This document shows positions 57,432-64,000 of a DNA stretch of 64,000 nt, piece after piece. Position 1 is the stretch's first letter, and each line of letters opens with the position of its first letter. Made by a program: the position numbers and the translations under genes. This stretch comes from Eledone cirrhosa (Eukaryota), in the NCBI GenBank assembly GCA_964016885.1, contig OZ024755.1, positions 40,486,001 to 40,550,000 on the forward strand, written 5' to 3'. The notes beneath the pieces are model-generated. The model saw only the letters and a list, made by a program, of their open reading frames with translations. It was not told the origin of the DNA and searched no databases.

Positions 57432-58326
57432 ATAATAATAATATTATATATATAATAATAATAATATATATATATATAATAATAATAATATATATATATA
57501 TAATAATAATAATATTATATATATAATAATAATAATATATATATATATAATAATAATAATATATATATATATAATAATAATAATATTATTTATAGTTATG
57601 TATACACTATATACATATATATATATATAATAATAATATTATTATTTATAGTTATGTATACACTATATACAACTATAAACAGGAAAGGTCAATAATTTAT
57701 TACTACCTTATTACCAGTAAAAAAATTAGCTCAATGTAAGAACATCAGTTGTTTTACAGAGCAGTAATATAGATTACACAATAATCAAAACTATGTTCAA
57801 ATCCTTTTATTGCTGTCAATCGTTTCTTCCAAACTTTCGTCTGGAATCATCGGAGCACTAGCAAAGTTTGGATATATAATTAACTTCCTATTCAACTGAA
57901 CAATCATACAGATACATGGATATTAATGTTGTCATCAACAGTTTCGTATTTACAGAGTGGAATACATGTGACAGAGATCACAAGAGAATAGTATAATAAT
58001 TAAAGCAGTATAGAGAGTGCAAATGCGTTAGGTTAATGTGAAAGGGGAGGTAATTAGCGATTAATTTGTATATGATAGAAAAAATGGAAAAAATGTATAG
58101 TTGTTTACAGCTCCAATAAATATAATCTATTTTCCTATAATACATTAAAGGTCTCATTATATTGTTATCTATCCATTACTGAATAAAATATAAGTAAGCT
58201 ATAGAAAAAAATGTTTAGTTGTTTACAGGTCCAATTAGTTGTGTTATTAACATACATTATACAGGTCCAATTGGTTGTGTTATTAACATACATTATACTA
58301 TGTTATATGTGAATCCCTTATATATA

Positions 58327-58532
58327 ATTGTTTCTACATTTGGCACAAGGCCAGCAATTACCCAGTGTATTACTGGTACTTTATTTTATCGACCCCGTAA
58401 GGATGAAAGACAAAGTCAACCTCGGCGGGATTTGAACTCAGATCATAAAGGGACGTAACTCTAAGCTTCAAAACATAGCATCCGACCCTCTACATAGCAT
58501 CCGACCCTCTACTGATACTGCCAATCCACATG
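58327..58532 (-). mobile_element. SINE (Meta-like family)
   Basis: Reverse complement of the family consensus, with a small internal duplication acatagcatccgaccctct. Confidence 0.85.
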
Positions 58533-58611
58533 CTATTAATTTATATATTTAATTATAAATATAATTTATTTTCCTATAACACATTAAAGGTCTCATTATA
58601 TTATTATCTAA

Positions 58612-58800
58612 GGGCGGTGGATTGGCAGTATCGGTAGAGGGTCGGACGCCATGCTTTCCAGCATAGTTACGTCCCTTTATAATTTGAGTTCAAATCCCGC
58701 CGTGGTTAACTTTGCCTTTCATCCTTACGGGTCGATAAAATAAAGTACCAGTAATGCACTGGGTAATTGCTGGCCTTGTGCCTAAAGTAGAAAACAATTA
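58612..58800 (+). mobile_element. Full-length SINE (Meta-like family)
   Basis: ggcggtggattggcagtatcgg...gagttcaaatccc...gcctttcatccttacgggtcgataaaa...agtagaaaacaatta. Confidence 0.9.
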
Positions 58801-59314
58801 TATTATTATGTATCCATTACTGAATATAATATTAGTAAACTATAGTAGTTATATTAAATGGTGGTAACTTTATATTTATTCCTAATAGTTATTGTAGAGT
58901 ATAAGGTTTGAGATAAATAGGAGTTAAGTAGAGGAATGAGCTGATCATAGAGTGTGATGCTGTGGGGGTAATTATATGCTGATAAGACCTAGAGGTGAAG
59001 GCTTAATGGTGGTGAGGAATCCAAATCTGACATTGTTATATACTAGCAGCAAGGTTTAAAGTTATGGAAAGAGTGTCGGTGGTCGTGTTGGCACATAGTA
59101 AAAATCTCTGATTTTCTATTTAAGAGGTCTAGTTTAGAATAGATTATAGTGCGGGTTTATAGAAGACAGAGGTTACAAAATTTATTCGGTGGTTTTTTTA
59201 ATTTTAATTATTGTACAATTCTCTTGTAATTTATGTCGCATCCATTCCACTCTGCAAATACGAAACTGTTGTTGACAACATTAATATCCATGTATCTATA
59301 TGATTGTTCACTAG

Positions 59315-59361
59315 TGCTCCGATGATTCCAAACGAAAGTTTGGAAGAAACGATTGTCAGCA
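59315..59361 (+). ncRNA. Hammerhead-like family H15, U4C core variant
   Basis: tgct CCGATGA ttccaaac-gaaa-gtttggaa GAAAC gatt GTC agca. CCGATGA is present in both copies. Confidence 0.7.
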
Positions 59362-59700
59362 ATAATTTGAACATAGCTTTGATTATTGTGTAATTTATAT
59401 ACAGATATATTTATATATATTTACATATATAATTTATATATATATTTACATATATATATATATATACATATATATATACATATATATATATGTGTGGGTG
59501 TATGGTGCCCCAGCATGGCGCTCAGCCTATCGGCTGGAACACACAATGGAGCGGAATATAATAACATTTTAGAAAATAATAAGAAAGGAAAGTAATATGT
59601 TAATGAAGGTAAAATTAATGGAACAGTTTGTGTGGAAAAGGTTGTAGAGAATCTCAGGAACATAATGTTGAGGACAACACATATATACAGACACCCCCCC

Positions 59701-59755
<55 letters not shown>

Positions 59756-59761
59756 CATATA

Positions 59762-59811
<50 letters not shown>

Positions 59812-59884
59812 ATATATATATATATACATATATATGTGTATATATATATATATATATATACATATATATATGTATATATATGTA

Positions 59885-59966
<82 letters not shown>

Positions 59967-59994
59967 CACGCACACATATATTCATATATATATG

Positions 59995-60053
<59 letters not shown>

Positions 60054-60112
60054 TAATATATGAATATATGTGTGCGTGTATATGTGTGTATATATAAATA
60101 TTATATATATAT

Positions 60113-60165
<53 letters not shown>

Positions 60166-60514
60166 TATAATATAATATATATATATATATGAATATATGT
60201 GTGCGTGTATATGTGTGTTATATAAATATATATATATAATATATATATATATATATAATTAAGACAGTATTGAAGTTTGCTTGAAGCATTGTGGAATAAT
60301 AAGTAAATATCTTTAAGTCGTTGGAAGCCTCGGCAATGCAGATGGGTAAATCTCCGGGTAACAAGATCCGGTGGTGGAGAGAGAGATGTATACATATATG
60401 TATGTATATATGTATGTATATATATATGTGTATATATGTGTGTGTGGGGGGGGTCTGTATATGTGTGTACATATACATACATACACATATATAAATATAT
60501 CACAAGAAAGCTAC

Positions 60515-61200
60515 ATCAACACACCACCAACACCACACCACCAACACCAACACCACCACCACAAACACCAACACCAACACCAACACCACCAACACCATCA
60601 CCACCAACAACACCACCACCACCACCACCACCCAACACCAACACCACCAACACCAACACCACCACCACAAACACCAACACCAACACCACCAACAACACCA
60701 CCACCACCAACACCACCAACAACAACAACACCACCACCAACAACAACAACACCACCATCAACACCACCACAACCACAACCACCAACAACAACACCACCAA
60801 CAACAACAACACCACCACCATCAACACCACCACAACCACAACCACCAACACCACCACCAACACCACCAACACAAACAACAACAACACCACCAACAACACA
60901 ACCACCACCAACATCCCACCAACACCACCAACGCCCACCACCCACCAACACCCTACCACTACCACCACCACCAACAAAAACAACAACACCACCACCAACA
61001 CCACCACCACCACCACCACCACCACCACCAACACCACCACCACTACCACCACCAACAACACCACCACCACTACCACCACCACCACCACTACCACCACCAA
61101 CAACACCACCACCACCATCACCACTACCACCACCACCACCACCACCACTACCACCACCACTTCCACCACCACCAACAACAATGACGACGACGACAACAAT
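60515..61200. repeat. (CCA/ACA)n low-complexity tract
   Basis: Direct inspection. It gives spurious Pro/Thr/Val/Gly ORFs. Confidence 0.9.
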
Positions 61201-61359
61201 CTTGCAAAACAATCTTAATTATGACCTTTTCAAATCTTCCCATTTTTCTCTGGAAGCTGTGTTGTGTGTGGAAGATGGCGGAGGGGTTCTTCCGCCATAT
61301 TTATCCGGCACCGTGTCATATTTTAATGGTAGCCTTTCATTATTTTATTGGTTTCACTC

Positions 61360-62245
61360 ACTGTGGCCATGCTGGGGCACTGTTATGTTACTGGTGTCAG
61401 TCATTAGACTGTGGCCATACTGGGGCACTGTTATGTTACTGGTGTCAGTCATTAGACTGTGGCCATGCTAGGGCACTGTTATGTTACTGGTGTCAGTCAT
61501 TATACTGTGGCCATGCTGGGGCACTGTTATGTTACTGGTGTCAGTCATTAGACTGTGACCATACTGGGGCACTGTTATGTTACTGGTGTCAGTCATTAGA
61601 CTGTGGCCATGCTAGGGCACTGTTATGTTACTGTTGTCAGTCATTAGACCGTGGCCATACTGGGGCACTCTTATGTTACTGGTGTCAGTCATTAGACTGT
61701 GGCCATACTGGGGCACTCTTATGTTACTGGTGTCAGTCATTAGACTGTGGCCATGCTGGGACACTGATATATTACTGGTGTCAGTCATTAGACTGTGGCC
61801 ATGCTAGGGCACTGTTATGTTACTGGTGTCAGTCATTAGACCGTGGCCATACTGGGGCACTCTTATGTTACTGGTGTCAGTCATTAGACTGTGACCATAC
61901 TGGGGCACTCTTATGTTACTGGTGTCAGTCATTAGACTGTGGCCATAGTGGGGCACTGTTATGTTACTGGTGTCAGTCATTAGACTGTGGCCATGCTGGG
62001 GCACTGTTATGTTACTGGTGTCAGTCATTAGACCGTGGCCATGCTGGGGCACTGTTATGTTACTGGTGTCAGTCATTAGACCGTGGCCATGCTGGGGCAC
62101 TGTTATGTTACTGTTGTCAGTCATTAGACTGTGGCCATGCTGGGGCACTGTTATTTTACTGGTGTCAGTCATTAGACTGTGGCCATACTGGGGCACAGTT
62201 ATGCTACTGGTGTCAGTCATTAGACTGTGGCCAGGCTGGGGCAGC
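61360..62245. repeat. 48-bp minisatellite, about 18 copies
   Basis: Unit ctgtggccatgctggggcactgttatgttactggtgtcagtcattaga. Confidence 0.93.
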
Positions 62246-62718
62246 ACTTTAAAGAGATTTTAGTCAACATATTAGATCTGTTTTTTGCCGAATAACTAAT
62301 TATAGATATAAAAAAATAGTAACACACACATACATATATACACAGACACACATACACAGAGACACACTCACAGACACACACACACGCAAACAAACACACA
62401 CACATACAGACACAGGCACACACTCACACACACACATATACAAATAAACACACATTCACAAGTACGAAAGACTTTCATTGTTTCTGTCTACCAAATTTCG
62501 AAGCTGTACTAAAAGACACCAAAGTTGGTTCTCAGTGTCAGTAAACACAAAATTGACTCCAGAACTACAACACAGCCATGACCACCTCTATGCACTTTTA
62601 AAGTACAGAAAACGGTGCACACGGATCGGCGAAACTGCAGTCGGGACTTTGAAGTAAAAATAGGTATATTTTTGTCTAATATTTCCTCATGTTTTGTAAT
62701 TTTGTATATATATATATG

Positions 62719-62719
<1 letters not shown>

Positions 62720-62769
<50 letters not shown>

Positions 62770-62770
62770 T

Positions 62771-62802
<32 letters not shown>

Positions 62803-62803
62803 T

Positions 62804-62847
<44 letters not shown>

Positions 62848-62851
62848 TTAT

Positions 62852-62908
<57 letters not shown>
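62720..62908. repeat. (CTA)n microsatellite
   Basis: Direct inspection. Confidence 0.95.
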
Positions 62909-62910
<2 letters not shown>

Positions 62911-62949
62911 TGTGGTAGCTTGCTAGCTTGTCTGTAATGTAATACAGCG

Positions 62950-63220
62950 AAAAGGGCGCATAACGGGAAAATACTTTGAAAGGAAGTTGACCCTGAAATG
63001 GGAATACAAACGGAATAAAACAAGTTTCGCGCAAGCCGGAGCACGGGTTCCCCGAGATATGGGGTTTTCTAGGCACCTTCATAAATAACCAAAACGGTGC
63101 ATAATGAGAAAATACTCCAAAGGTAACATAACCCTGAAACGGGAATATAAACGGAATAAAACAAGTTTTTCGGGTACCTTGAACTATTGGTGACCCAACA
63201 ACGGGTCACGGGTAGTCTAA
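62950..63220 (+). mobile_element. Possible non-autonomous Helitron 3' end
   Basis: Two diverged ~140-bp repeats, then the hairpin gtgaccc-aacaac-gggtcac (63190-63209) followed by CTAA|T. Confidence 0.4.
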
Positions 63221-63279
63221 TATAATATATAAAAGAGGAAAATGTGAAGTTGAAGATGTTAGTGTCTTTTATTAATTGA

Positions 63280-63330
63280 GCCGTTATACATATTTCAATG
63301 ACGATAGATATCGTGATTTCTTCAGACAGC
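63280..63330 (-). ncRNA. Hammerhead ribozyme family H16
   Basis: Minus strand reads gctgt CTGAAGA aat-c-acgat-atct-atcgt-c-att GAAA tatgta TA acggc. Confidence 0.82.
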
Positions 63331-63518
63331 AAAATTGAGTAAAAGGCAACATTTCCGAGGCAATGATGGGTGGAAGGGAGCGGACTAAAAAAATGTATGT
63401 TTTTGTTTTGGTTGTCCGCTTCCTTCTAACTTTCAGAACTTCCCGACAGCTCTGCGCAGACGCAGGTATGTGGGAGGTTTACCACTCAACTACCAGCCAG
63501 AATACTACTACCCTTAGC

Positions 63519-63597
63519 TGGCAGGTAAACAGTATACGGTACTGATGAAGGGTAGCCACCCAGAAGCATTAGTGTCTGCAGTTCTGTTTACATGCCA
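63519..63597 (+). ncRNA. Degenerate hammerhead-like motif H17 (GAAG instead of GAAA)
   Basis: gta CTGATGA a-gggt-agcc-accc-a GAAG ca-ttag-tg TC tgc, inside the extended stem ggcaggtaaacag/ctgtttacatgcc. Confidence 0.5.
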
Positions 63598-63660
63598 ACA
63601 CAAGTCATTCTACTCACCTGGTTTAAAGAGGCTGTTTGCATAATTGCAAACGAATCGAAT

Positions 63661-63848
63661 GTGAATTGGCAGTATCGGTAGAGGGCTGGACGCCATGCTT
63701 TGACGCATAGAGTTACGGCCCTTGCCATTCTGAGTTCAAATCCCGCCGAGGTTAACTTTGCCTTTCATCCTTACGGGGTCGATAAAATAAAGTAGCAGTA
63801 ATGTACTGGGTAATTGCTGGCCTTGTGCCAAAAGTAGAAACAATTATT
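63661..63848 (+). mobile_element. SINE (Meta-like family)
   Basis: Matches 58612-58800. Confidence 0.88.
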
Positions 63849-64000
63849 AATATTCGAAAAACTCAGATTTACATTTCTCATATATATATAATATTAAAGA
63901 TACTATTTATAGTTATGTATATACTATACTATAAACAACTATAAACAGGGAAGGTCAGTCATTTATTACTACCTTATTACCAGTAAGATAAATAGCTCAA

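Larger units (their letters stand above)
57590..59400 (-). mobile_element. 5'-truncated third Naiad-like element (last ~40 codons plus 3' region) with inverted segment 59205-59400
   Basis: Minus translation at 59085-59195 is NKFCNLCLL*..DLLNRKSEIFTMCQH. HHR H15 at 57811-57857 (-) and 59315-59361 (+). A related end lies at 63900-64000. Confidence 0.75.

Noticed and set aside
60371-61471. Proline-rich extensin- or formin-like ORF
   Set aside because: (CCA/ACA)n tract open in multiple frames, starting within a microsatellite.
61221-62252. 343-aa Cys/His-rich repeat ORF resembling a zinc-finger or metallothionein protein
   Set aside because: It results from a 48-bp repeat whose unit is a multiple of 3. 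It has no recognised finger spacing and no splice or start evidence.

Overview
AT-rich animal intergenic or intronic DNA. The SINE, LINE and microsatellite make-up suggests a coleoid cephalopod such as Octopus; this is an inference, not a database result. I cannot support any host gene, and nearly all short ORFs in the track are microsatellite translations. Real coding sequence is all retroelement-derived: an apparently intact Tx1/L1-clade LINE (ORF1 38795-40657, ORF2 35346-38765, minus) nested in an RTE-clade LINE, four Tx1 fragments, a CRE-like restriction-endonuclease fragment, and four Penelope-like element (PLE) remnants, three of them Naiad-like. The main observation is non-coding. The short islands between the (TA)n tracts carry type I hammerhead ribozyme (HHR) folds, found by eye: roughly 15 distinct sequence families and about 30 copies in 64 kb. 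Most have a minimal or palindromic stem III, and some have variant cores (U3-A8, U4C). Two families form ORF-less head-to-tail repeats of about 467 and about 667 nt with one HHR per unit, at two loci each, which makes them candidate circRNA-producing non-LTR retrozymes. The insertions are typically truncated, partly inverted and sit in (TA)n, as expected for PLE-driven mobilisation. All folds were made by hand, coordinates are approximate to a few nt, and no cleavage activity is shown.
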